Shown piece after piece: positions 10,679 through 21,552 of a stretch of 37,879 nucleotides of DNA. Position 1 is the first letter of the stretch, and each line of letters opens with the position of its first letter. The notes beneath the pieces are model-generated. The model had not been told where the DNA came from, did no database searches, and saw nothing but the letters and a program-made list of their open reading frames with translations. Location of the stretch: the NCBI RefSeq assembly GCF_001194135.2, contig NC_068990.1:16843860-16881738 (forward strand), given 5' to 3'. Both the position numbers and the translations under genes were made by a program. Origin of the DNA: Octopus bimaculoides. Lineage: Eukaryota.

Positions 10679-11082
10679 GTCATCATCATCATCATTTAAT
10701 GTCTGTTGTCCATGCTGGCATGGGTTGGATGGTTTGACCAGGGTAGGTAAAGCTGGAAGGTTGCACCAGACTCAGTCTGATTTGGCATGGTTTTCTATGG
10801 TTGGATGCCCTTCCTAATGCCAACCACTCTGCGAGTGTAATGGGTGCTTTTATGTGCCACCGGCACAGGTGCCATTTGTGTGACACCGGTATCTGCCATG
10901 ACTGTGATCTTGATCAGCTTGATGGGTCTTCTTCTCAGGCACGACATAATGCCAAAGGTCTCAGTCATTGCTTCCCAGAGGCCCAACACTAGAAAGGAAC
11001 TCACCCACTTTTCCTCCGTGAAGCCCAATGCTCGAAAGGAACTTAGCCACTTTGCCTCTGTGTGGCCCAATGCTTGAAAGGA
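10679..11082. mobile_element. (ATC)n-tailed short element family, long copy with internal 42-bp tandem repeat
   Basis: catcatttaatgtc...catgctggcatgggttggatggtttgac...ggatgcccttcctaatgccaacc; related copies at about 1300-1430, 3620-3800, 16205-16245, 18110-18170, 31036-31186, 35728-35845 and 37560-37733. Confidence 0.7.
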
Positions 11083-11233
11083 TTATAATAAAGATTATTG
11101 GGATAATGTAAATTAATAGAGAAAACTATTATCCATCAAAAATGTAGCAGTCATCACTCACACATACACTCACTCTGTCCTTCCATCTACAAAAGGACTT
11201 TAATTATAATGTATAAAAGAATTGGCTACATAC

Positions 11234-11338
11234 CAGGTCCTGGGGTTTCTATTCAATAATCGACAGGTTTTCTGTTCCAGATTTATCAATTGAGGATCTA
11301 GGTTTAATTCAGTTTGAACAGAAACTACAGGACGTGCT
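11234..11338 (-). CDS. Integrin alpha exon (RARPVVSVQTELNLDPQLINLEQKTCRLLNRNPRT-C, start of thigh domain)
   Basis: Poly-T acceptor ending taag, donor TG|gtatgt; 105 nt, phase 2 to 2; RARPVV motif. Confidence 0.95.
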
Positions 11339-13379
11339 CTTAAAAAAAAAAAAAAAAAGAGTAACATTAGTATTGGTCTGAAAGTTTGGCTCAAGGCCAG
11401 CAATTTTGCGGGAGGGGATAAATTGATTACAATGATTCCAGTGCTCAGCTGTTGATAGGCAAAATCGACTCTAGCAGAATTTGAACTCAGAACTTAAAGA
11501 CAGTACTATAATCAACCTAACTCCCTCCCCGGAACTGCTGGAGTTGATGTACTTGACTTAATCCTCCTGCCAAAATTTTGGGCCTTATGCCTATAGTAGA
11601 AAGGATTATTATTATTGTATTCACCAAGTTCAAAAGGATGACTGTGTCTTTCATCCTTTTGGGGGGTCAATAAAATAAGGTATCAGTTGAGCACTTGCCC
11701 CCCTCCCTCAAAATTTATAACTCTGAGCTAAAATTTGAAACCATTCTTACTTCCCACATTGTAAAGTGGTGAACTGGTAGACTCATTAGTGTATCAGACA
11801 AAATGCATTGTGGCCCCTTAACTAACGAAGTACAGGCGTTGATGTAAATGACTAATCACACACTTCCTAAAAATTGCAGGTTTTGTGCCAATATTTGAAA
11901 GAATAGTTAATCTCCACATTGTTCTATCCTGCATTATTCCCTAATGTTTTTATGAACCCTAAGTAGAAGAAAAAGAGAAAACAATACTGCTACAAGTACT
12001 ATTGTTATCATCCTCATCACTATGGCTACTACTATTGTTATCATCATCATCATCATCACTACAATTACTATTATTGTTGTGGTTGTTATTTTGATGGAAG
12101 GGGATCCAGAGATTAATTTCATTGAGAAATTCTGAACCTTTTGGGTTTATAGCCTTTCAAAAAATCTTCCTTAAGTAGATGAGGAAATAAAACCTAAAAG
12201 GTCGCATTAATTTGTTAGGGTATTGTAAACGAGTGGGAGGGGCAGCTGAGATGATGGGGGGTGCTTTCAATTGGTTTTATATTTGTTACATCCATCTATC
12301 TAGTTGTTTTATTTTGTGTTGTATTCTGTGTAGTAGAGAGAATCATGGAAAGAGTAGAGAGAGAGAGGAGGGAGGGAGAGATAAAAACAGAGACATATGT
12401 AGAGGCAACGAATTCCCAAGGGAAACAGTTAAATATAAGCAGAACATAGGAAGGCAATGTGGAGGGGTAGGGTTGAGAAGCAAAACAGTTATACATGGTA
12501 GTGGTGAAATAGATTGATGGAAACAATTCTGTTTATTCCAGAAGGGTTTAGGATGAAGCTTGAGAGAATTGTAAATAAAACAGGCTATTATGATAATCAC
12601 CCTCCACCTCTCCACACACACACATAGAGATAGATGTGAAGATACACACAGTTACATGAACATTAAGCAAAATCCCTCTATTGAAAGAAGGATGAATGTT
12701 GTCAGCTGTAGATGTGTTTACAATAAATTCACTAAAATTTGTGAGAATTGAGGACAATCTATGTTGGTAAGATTAGAATTGAAGCAAGCAAAAAAATAAA
12801 ATTAATTTTTCATGAGATGGTGAAATAAGTTTTGTACAAAGGTTTTCACCAATCAGACATTAAATTGTTTTGTTGTTGTTTAACCCTAGGTCAACCTTGA
12901 TTGAGTAGAACTAGAATCAAATGCATTCAGATCATGAATATATTTTTCTTCTGGCAATCTGATACAGATTTTATGTTATTCATTGAGTTGTTTCCTTTCT
13001 CAGATGGTTCGTTGTTGTTTCGGTGAGATGTGAAGATGCAGGGTTTGACTGAGGCAGATTTGGTTATAAAGCTTACAGGACATGCTCAAAAGAGATGTCA
13101 CTGATATTAAGATGGTTGGTGATTTTGAGAGAGACTTGTTTCTTAAGATAGTAGGGGTGGGATTCAGAAAGATTTGGTTCTATGATAGTAAGGTGTAAGT
13201 AATTCAATGAGTTTTGTCTCTATTTCTGTTATGTCAAATGACTGCATAAAGGCTTCTTCGTTTGTTCACTTTAGTTCTGTTCTATATTTGATGGCTAATT
13301 AGTTGGAAGACAAACAACAAACCAAAATGTTAAGGGTTCATATTCTTTCACAACAACTGTATTTTGTCTGTAGTCAACA

Positions 13380-13770
13380 TTGCCTTGTGTGTCTGATGCT
13401 CAACACAGGCAGCAAATATGGAAAATCTATGGAATTTAAGGAGAAATGAGTTGAATAGAGCTAGTGGGATTAATCTTACACGCAAGAAAGTCAAAGTAAA
13501 AATGGTTTGGACATTAATGACATCAGATGATATATGGAGGAAAGATGATGAGACAGTTAGCATTGGTATGAACATATGATGCAAATGGATGATGCTGGTT
13601 GGGTGGTAGAAAAGAAAAGGGTTTTGTGTTGACTGGAGAAGGTAGAAGGTACAAAAAAGATTGAGGAAGACATAGTAAAAAGTGATGAGGTCAGATATGA
13701 GAAATTGGGACCTCACAGATGAGATGGGAATTAGAGAAGTGATGACATGAGAAACTACAGATGGCTCTTA
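13380..13770 (+). mobile_element. Old degenerate RTE-type LINE 3' fragment
   Basis: Broken frames give HWYEHMMQMDDAGWV and LRKT**KVMRSDMRNWDLTDEM, resembling RLRWYGHVMRMD and PRKTW.EVV..D...L..EM. Confidence 0.6.
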
Positions 13771-15174
13771 TCCATATACATATGAAGAATAATTTAAAAT
13801 GGACTTTAAAATGATGATGGTGGTGGTGGTGGTGGTAGTGGCTGTAATGGCAGTGATGAGGGTGATGAAGAGGATATTGATGGTGGTGGTGGTGGTGGAG
13901 GTTGCACAGGTAGTTGGCGGTGGTGGTGGAGACATTGATGACTACAATAATCATGATGATGATGATATCTCAAAGTGTTTAGTTACCCTAGTTTGTAAGA
14001 GAACTTCGGATAAAAGCAACAAAAAAAAAAATGGATGAAAAATAAATAAATAAAATCTTGTATATTGCACTTGATTCCCAACATCGTTCTTTCACTTATT
14101 TGACCTTTTCAGCAACAAATCAACTAAATTTAACAAAAAGAACTAACAACAAACAACAAGACAAATAGGGACACATCAGAAGAACATACATAATATTTGA
14201 TGGTGGTACAGAAGACACAGACACATGGACAATGTAAAAAACTGCCTGCTCAATTTTGGCTGGGAATATACAAGAAAAAAACTGTTTTGTCTATTTAAGT
14301 ATTCAATATTTACTGAAATGTGAAGCTACAGTATAGCAAACATAAAACAAAAATGGTTGTTAATTCATTAAAAAAAAGTAATAACAAAAATGTTATATTT
14401 TGGATAGGTCACTTTGCCAATAAAAGTACATGCACTGGTTATATTTATTATTATTATTATTAGTCAATTAATTCTTTCTAATTTTAGCACAAGGCCAGCA
14501 ATTCTGAGAGGAGGAGAAGTCAATTACATTGACCCTAGGGTTCAACTGGTACTTTATTTTATCAACCCCAAAAGGATTAAAGGCAAAGTTGACTATAGCA
14601 GCATTTGAACTCAAACATAAAGAGTTGGAAAAATGCCTCTAAGCATTTTGTCCAATGCAGTAATGATTCTTCTAGCTTGCTGCTATTAGTCAGCTAATTA
14701 AGTAATTTACTAATTGATTACATAACTGATTGTTTGATCTGCCAATCACTCGGCTGATTTATTTGAATATTTTCATTATTGTTCATGACATTATCAATGA
14801 TGGTCCTTCATTCTTCCAGTTCCATCGTGTGCTGCACAGAAACTTAACAGTAAAGCAAATCACAAAAATACTTGGTGCAGCAAACCAAGAAATTTTAATT
14901 AACTAATTTATTTTGATAGGAGACTGGCAATTTTGAGGGGAGGGGACTAATAGATTACGTTTTACCTCAGTACTTGTTTCTTTATTTCATTGACCCCCCA
15001 AACAGAAAAAGCCAAAGTTGACCATGGCTTGATTTGAGCTCAGAATGTAATAAACCAGAAGAAATGCCACTAAGCAATTTGTTTGACGCACTTCTGATTT
15101 TGCCAGCTTGCCTCCTTTGTTTCAAATTTTTGCACAAGGCTAGCAATTTTAGGTGGAAGTGGGGNNNNNNNNNN

Positions 15175-15200
15175 CGCTGCATAAGAGCCAACTAAAAGAT
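15175..15200 (-). CDS. Integrin alpha exon, partial (DLLVGSYAA...), 3' end lost in the N-gap 15165-15174
   Basis: Acceptor ttttctgcag|AT completes Asp; DLLVGSY is the expected end of repeat 7. The donor is not visible. Confidence 0.9.
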
Positions 15201-15459
15201 CTGCAGAAAACAAGGAGAGTAAAGATAGAGAAATATTAAGAATTGTTGTTTATGTTAAACAAACTGTAAATACAGAAAACATAGGAATGAGAAGCATGTG
15301 TGAGTGGAGTGGGTATCATTTGGGTCATAACTATTAGTGAATAAACCGCTCTGTTAGAGATACTGAGCCAGATTTAATAGTTAAAGACAGTAGTTTATGT
15401 AGACATCATCAAGTAATCTTGTTAACCTTGTAATGAATTTATGCTGACGATGCTTCTCT

Positions 15460-15845
15460 GCTTCAGGACTTCAGAAATATGACCTTCATTGGCTTTGTAC
15501 CAAGATGAAGGTCCATTAGAAATAACAGCCCCATCGATAGAGGACCAGTACAAGCGAGGTAAGATGCGGATGGTACTGATGTTACACGACTATGCCAAAT
15601 GTTTATCCCTTCAAGAGATAAGGAATGGAAGAAACTGGATAGACTCTAAGACAACAGAGAAGTTTGTGGTGTCCCTAGAATATTTGGTCAGACACAGACC
15701 AGTAGGGAAAGACTTGAAAGCAATGAGTTTAAACCATGTTATGCCATGAATGAGAAGGAGAAAAGGATTGCAGTAACCAACCAGGTAGAGAAAGAGGAGG
15801 TGAAAAGCCACTTTATGGAATTGGTACTCTGTTATGAACAGGGAG
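15460..15845 (+). mobile_element. Degenerate post-RT fragment of an RLE-type non-LTR retrotransposon (HERO-like)
   Basis: LALYQDEGPLEITAPSIEDQYKRGKMRMVLML..GRNW..SLE, frameshift, then IFGQTQTSRERLE..FKPCYAMNEKEKRIAVTNQVEKEEVKSHFMELVLCYEQG; follows the LY..L.LP.SS..EEFK..K.R / GRKW / IVG..Q.GR.GLG / KERR..V..EV...EEE...QG pattern as I recall it. Confidence 0.6.
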
Positions 15846-15890
15846 TGTCAGCTTCACCATCTTTATGACCTTCCCAATGTTCTTCAGTTT

Positions 15891-15955
15891 TAGAGTCTGA
15901 CGAGACATTCACGGGGCTTAAACCCCTTATGGATGCGAAACCACTGGTCACCCTA
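15891..15955 (+). ncRNA. Type I hammerhead ribozyme motif (HHR-2), antisense to the integrin gene
   Basis: TAGAGT-CTGACGA-G(A)CATTCA..GGGG CTTAAA CCCC..TGGATGC-GAAA-CC ACT GG-TC-ACCCTA: intact core, G10.1-C11.1 pair, stem III ACC/GGT, GUC site, stem I 5 of 6 pairs. Confidence 0.82.
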
Positions 15956-16259
15956 TCACTGGACATAGTCTTAACTACCTATAAATATGTTACTGCTCTA
16001 TACTTTAGGGCGAGCTTCTTTCTCAGATATTGATATGTCCCATTATGACGATGTATTTCGTTGTCTCTGCAGAACTGGTCCAAACAACGTACCTTTGCCG
16101 ATTGACATTACTGACTGTGTCAGTCCACTGTTTATTAGTAGTGGACCAGCCCACTTCCCACCTGGGGGTGTCCACCAGAACAGATATATGATACACTGAC
16201 AATCCCACCCATGCTAGCATGGAAGGCAGACATTGAACGATGAAGATGACAATGATACA

Positions 16260-16453
16260 TACAGGGTGCAGTGAATAAAGTGTTGTCTAAATTACACAAA
16301 AATGAAAATAACACTGACATCTCATTTTAAAAGATATATTTACCAAAATTACATAAAAATATCTTGAAATACTAAAGAGTAAATTTATTCAACAAAATCG
16401 CCATTGGTTTCAACCACAGCCTCCAGACGACTCCGGAATCTCCTGCAACACTT
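16260..16453 (-). mobile_element. Tc1/mariner transposon 3' end remnant
   Basis: Minus frame KCCRRFRSRLEAVVETNGDFVE* (16453-16385) is a typical transposase C-terminus; the element ends in TA-CAGGGTG (16260-16268), a Tc1/mariner-type terminus with TA target. Confidence 0.8.
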
Positions 16454-16553
16454 GGTCTCAGTAGTACATACGTTGCTGTAGGCTCTGTCTTAGCTCTACC
16501 ACCACCTCAAGATAAATGACTGATTTGATTGATTGACTGATTGATCAACATAC

Positions 16554-16644
16554 CTGTATAACCATTTCCATCTAAATCCATGCCACCTGATAAAGAATAT
16601 CCAAATGTTCTTAGGCCGTTTTTCAAGTCGCTGGCATCAATCAC
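16554..16644 (-). CDS. Integrin alpha exon (VIDASDLKNGLRTFGYSLSGGMDLDGNGYT, FG-GAP repeat 7)
   Basis: Acceptor attttcag, donor G|gtatgt; 91 nt, phase 0 to 1; FGYSLSGGxDLDGNGY motif. Confidence 0.96.
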
Positions 16645-16962
16645 CTGAAAATGAATAATAAAACTTTTAATTAAAAGAAAAAAAACTGGTGAATGCAACA
16701 CACACACTCACAGAGGCATACAGAGTAAAAGGAATAAAATTATTGAAGATATTGAAGTATATAGCTCCCCCACCCCCACCATGTCCTGTATATAAATTCC
16801 ATCAGGGTTTGACTTCATCTGTTAACTCTCCAGGGTCTGATGGAATGAGTACAAGTAATACACTAAGGCATATTTCAAATGGCTAACTGAAAAGTCAGTC
16901 TAGTGTGTGTGCGTATATGTATATATACATACACACATATTTATGTATGTATGTATATATGT

Positions 16963-17133
16963 AGGCATAGGCATGGTTATATGGTAAGAAGCTTGCTTCC
17001 CAATCATATGGTTCTAGGTTCAGTCCCACAGCAGGGCACCTTGGGCAAGTGTTTTCTCTTAAATCCTTGAGCTGACCAAAGCCTTGTGAATGGATTTGGT
17101 AAATGGAAACTGAAAGAAGCCTGACATATATGT

Positions 17134-17220
<87 letters not shown>

Positions 17221-17456
17221 TGTGTATGTATATCTATTCTCTGTGTCTTTCTGGCTTTGTCCCCACCACTGCTTGACAACTGGTGTTGGTGTGTTTACGT
17301 CCCTATAACCTAGAGGTTCAGCAGGGAGACCGATAGAATAAGTACCAAGCTTTAAATAAAAAAAGTTCTGGGGTCGATTTGTTCCACTAAAACCTTTCAA
17401 GGTCGTGTCCCAGCATGGCCAGTGTCAAATGACTGAAACAAGTAAAAGATAAAAGA
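16963..17456 (+). mobile_element. Composite tRNA-derived SINE (CORE-like head, internal microsatellite, conserved tail)
   Basis: Head with B-box-like ggttcagtccc and ccttgggcaagtg, (TA)n/(TG)n middle, tail ending gtaaaagataaaaga; same layout at 23713-24135 and 35850-36257. Confidence 0.8.
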
Positions 17457-17472
17457 TATATGTATATATACC

Positions 17473-17780
17473 TTTATTCTTTTACTTGTTTCAATAGTAT
17501 GACTGAGGCCATGCAGGAGCATCGCCGTTTAGTCAAAGAAATCGACCCCTGAACTTATTCTTTGTAAGCCTGGTACTTATTCTATCAGTCTCTTCTGCAC
17601 CAAACCGCTAAGTTACGGGGACATAAACACACCAACATCGGTTGTCAAATGATGGTAGGGGGACAACACAGACACAGAGACACACACATACATATATACA
17701 CATACACACACATATATATACATACATATTTATATATATATATATGACAGGATTCTTTCAGTTTTCATCTACCAAATCCA
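17473..17780 (-). mobile_element. Same SINE family, inverted 5'-truncated copy
   Basis: Reverse complement of the tail, microsatellite and ggatttggtagatgaaaactgaaaga head end. Confidence 0.8.
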
Positions 17781-18583
17781 TATATGTATGTATATATATA
17801 TAACATCATTATCACCTTTGCTAACATTTGTTTTCTATCATCAACCTCATCATTTTCTTTTAATGTTTGTCTTTGTGCTGTGTGAGGAGCAACATGCCAA
17901 AAATTAGACCCAATTTTTCCTTGGCATATCGGAGAAGGTGGCTTACGAAGGTTGAGGTAGGGTTTGCACTCCAACTTCATAAAACCCTCACCAGCAATGA
18001 CGACCCATAGAGACCCATGGGTTGGAGGGTTATCACCTGAGTGGGGCAAAGATGTCAACAGCCAGAAGTAGGGAATCACTAGCACATGCCACATAATACT
18101 ACAACTTCTATTCCCATGCTGGCATGGGTTGGATGGTTTGAGAGGATATCATGGGTCCAAGGACTGCATTGTGCTCATATATGTATGTACGCGTGCACAC
18201 ATGTACTGTCAATGTTAATTAAATTAGCAAGAAATGGCTATTATGTAATTAAAATAATAATAATTCTTTCAAATTTTGGTACAGGACCAGCAATTTTAGT
18301 GGAAGAGGGCTTGCTAATTTCATCAACTAATTTAATGTTGCCCTAATAACAATCTTTTCTTCTATAGGGACAGGGCCTGGAATTTTGGTGGAGAGGGCTA
18401 GTTGTTTATATTGACCCTAATACTCAGCTGGTACTTATTTTATCAAATCTGAAAGGATGAAAGGCAAAGTTGACCTTAGCAGAGTTTGAACTCAGAATGC
18501 AGTGAGTCAGAAGAATTAACACTATAAACTACTATTTAATACTATTTTGTCTGGTGAATAACAATTTTGCCAACTCACCAACT

Positions 18584-18614
<31 letters not shown>

Positions 18615-19550
18615 TAAACAAAGAAAGAAAGAAAAAATAAGGGAGCTGAAATTACAGTTGGAATCTAATCAAAATGCCAAGATTTTCTTTGTGATAGTAA
18701 GAAATTTACGATTGCCTTTCCAACAGAATGATCTCTGTGAAGTGAGAGAACTTTGGATTTTTCTATTCAAAATGCCTAGATTTTGATTTCAGATATCTGA
18801 AACAAAATTTATATTTGATTGAGGAGTGAAATGCCATTGATTATTGCACATTTAGCATCCAGAGTAACTTGATATTTTAATGAAATTTAAAGATAAAGAG
18901 GAAGGAAATGAAAATAAATGGGAAAACTCCCCAAACTTCTGCTTTACAATTATTGTAGTTTGAATGACTCAGTGAAGAGTTACTTCAGTTACAGGAATAG
19001 AAAGATTGAGGAGAATGTAAATAGTAACTGTTTATCTATTTTATAAATTTATACAATTCTGTTTGTTTGTTTTATGCATGATTTTTTTTCTTCCATGATA
19101 ACATGGGTTAGATGAGTATATATTACTGATACATTATTTTAACCAGCTGTCATTCATGCAACTCATCTTTACTTGTTGTTCAAGCAAAGAATTTTTTGTT
19201 CTACATTTGTTTGACAGTATAGAATATAGACATTCATAAAAGATGTGTGAGTACACAAACACACATATTCATATATATATATATGTGAAGTGCACATTAA
19301 TTTCATGAGCAAGGCACACTCAATGTTGTATCCAAGAGAGTGCCTGTTTTTATATCTACAAACATACATTTGGTTGTTTTGTTTGTAACATGTCACCTGC
19401 AAAAGCCTTTCTTAAACCAAGGATTAAGCAAAACCAAATGAGACAATATTCTCAGCATTGTATTATTGGATCCTTTATTTTTGATTGTCTTGAAAATGTC
19501 GGTACACAGAAGCTGGAAACATGAGATTGTTGGTCGTTAAAGCTACTTAC

Positions 19551-19648
19551 CTGTGCAGGTTCAGCGATAACACCCTTCACAGATCCATGGTAAATATACA
19601 CGGCACCTTTGCCATCTTTACCTCCATAGGGAGCAGAAGTGGCAAAAT
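19551..19648 (-). CDS. Integrin alpha exon (DFATSAPYGGKDGKGAVYIYHGSVKGVIAEPAQ)
   Basis: Acceptor ttttccag, donor CAG|gtaagt; 98 nt, phase 1 to 0; APYGG..GAVYIYHG motif. Confidence 0.96.
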
Positions 19649-19689
19649 CTGGAAAAGTATAAAAAAAGTTATTAGTTATTCTAATTGTC

Positions 19690-20040
19690 AGGATCATGAT
19701 AATAACGATGACAATAATTAGCATTGTTGTCATTGTGGTCTTCACCATCAACATCATCATCACTGTTGTCATTATCACCATACCGATGATAATCGTCAAT
19801 GTTACCACTGTCATCATCATCATCATTGACATCATCTTCACAACCACCACCACCATCCTCCCCATCATCATCATCACCACCTTCAACATCATCACCATTA
19901 TTATCAAAATTGTCATTGTTTTGCTGTGATCATCATGGTCATCATCAATATCATCACCATCATCTTCAACATCACTATTGTTATCAATATTGTCATCATT
20001 ATCATCATCAACGACCCTTGTCCTTATCAGCATCATAGGT
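19690..20040. repeat. Long degenerate (ATC/ACC)n trinucleotide tract
   Basis: About 350 bp of CAT/CAC/TGT-interrupted repeats; source of the spurious low-complexity ORFs here. Similar tracts at 11985-12090 and 13805-13970. Confidence 0.9.
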
Positions 20041-20522
20041 ATCACTTTGCATCCACTTTTTCCATGCTGGCATAAGATTGCCAGAGACTTCTTGAAGCAG
20101 CACTGCACACTAACTGGCTATATTCCAGGAACCAATTCTTATTTACTTCTTCCAACTAAGGCATTTGATTCTATACTTTCACCTATCAAAGCATCAAACA
20201 GCCAAACTTTTTTTTATCTATGTAAGACTTAATCCAATTTCATTGCTGCCCAAAGACAACACATAAACATGTCATTTTAAAGTTCATTTTTCCATGGTTG
20301 AATGAGTCAGATTTATTGAGGCAAATTCTCTATGACTGGATGCCCCTCCTGTCACCAACCGTCACCAGTTTTCTGGTAAGGTTATATTTCCCCATGGCCT
20401 GACATGTTTGCTTTGAAGACTGGAAAGGTATAACACCACCTGTATGACAACGCAAACATACACAAATAAAAATGCATACACACCCTACCACAACATGCAC
20501 AAACAAAACAGTTGAAACTCAC

Positions 20523-20631
20523 CATTGTAGCCATCAAAGTTGATATCCTTCAATTTGGCAAATGCCCAACCGAATCTACCCTTCATTGTCTTGCCTACAA
20601 GGATGTCTTTGTTGTTTTGGTGGAATGTATG
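20523..20631 (-). CDS. Integrin alpha exon (HTFHQNNKDILVGKTMKGRFGWAFAKLKDINFDGYN, FG-GAP repeat 6)
   Basis: Acceptor ccttgcag, donor G|gtgagt; 109 nt, phase 0 to 1; RFG and DxNxDGYND motifs. Confidence 0.95.
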
Positions 20632-20988
20632 CTGCAAGGAGATAAATTAGTAAATATTTAATTAGATATACCCATTAAAATAAGGATTATAAAAATTTTC
20701 TGATACCAGAAATTGTATCACAGAATCCTTTGGTTCTATGACACAACTTCCTGTTTTAATCTTTTTGTTATCATATTTCTGTGGAGATGCTCTGTGCTTC
20801 TTTCAATTAATTATAAGCATAAAGAATTTAGTAAAATAACTTAGTTATCATTAAGCTAGTGTTTGGAATATAAATTGAGACTAAGGTTTGGTGGAAGATT
20901 TTAATTCAGAACTTTTGAAAATAAGACTTTTGTACTACAGAGCCAGAGACAGTTACAGGTGGGTTGGTTTCAAAAGGGTTAAATCAAT

Positions 20989-21203
20989 TTAACCCTTTAG
21001 CATTCAGATTTCTCTGTCACATGTAATACTCATTTATTCACATTGATATCAATTGATTAATCATTATCTTGTAGCTTCATGTTATTGATGATGTGATTAT
21101 TTTTAAAATGACATTGTAGGGGAAGTGTGAGAGAGCCAGATTTGGTCAGTCTGAAAATAAAACAGGTAGATTATTTTGGCTGGCTTAAATGCTAAAGGGT
21201 TAA
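20989..21203. mobile_element. TTAA-flanked MITE with perfect terminal inverted repeats (piggyBac-like)
   Basis: ttaaccctttagcatt at 20989-21004 and its exact reverse complement aatgctaaagggttaa at 21188-21203. Confidence 0.85.
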
Positions 21204-21407
21204 ATTAAAACTTAAGGTAGCAAACTGGCAGAATTATTAGTACATGAGACAAAATGCTTAGTGGAATTTTCTCCTGCTCATTACATTTTGAATTCAAATT
21301 GCACCGAGGTCAATTTTGCCTTTCATCCCATCTGGGTTCATAAAACAAAGTAACCATCATATATGCTAGAATGAATGGTTTGCTGTTGACGACTCCACAA
21401 AATTAGT

Positions 21408-21550
21408 GGAGGCGCAATGGCCCAGAGGTTAGGGCAGCGGACTTGTGGTCATAGGATCGTGGTCTCGATTCCCAGACCGGGAGTTGTGAGTGTTTATTGA
21501 GCGAAAATACCTAAAAGCTTCACAAGGCTCTGGTAGGGGGTGGTCGCGAA
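21408..21550 (+). mobile_element. tRNA-derived SINE head (second family), truncated by the following SINE
   Basis: ggaggcgcaatggcccagaggttagggcagcggac...ggtctcgattcccagacc with A- and B-box-like motifs, followed by non-tRNA body sequence. Confidence 0.7.
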
Positions 21551-21552
21551 AG

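Noticed and set aside
9900-13260. Relatively GC-rich stretches at about 9900-10300 and 12960-13260 that look like old retroelement coding sequence
   Set aside because: No motif could be identified with confidence in any frame; a BLASTX search would be needed.
15437-15452. In-frame IYADDA resembling the RT catalytic motif, overlapping a CTGACGA
   Set aside because: Preceded by a stop with no upstream RT motifs, and no hammerhead stems form around this CTGACGA.
21408-21480. tRNA gene
   Set aside because: A- and B-box-like motifs are present but the acceptor stem does not close and the sequence continues into repeat body; better explained as a SINE head.
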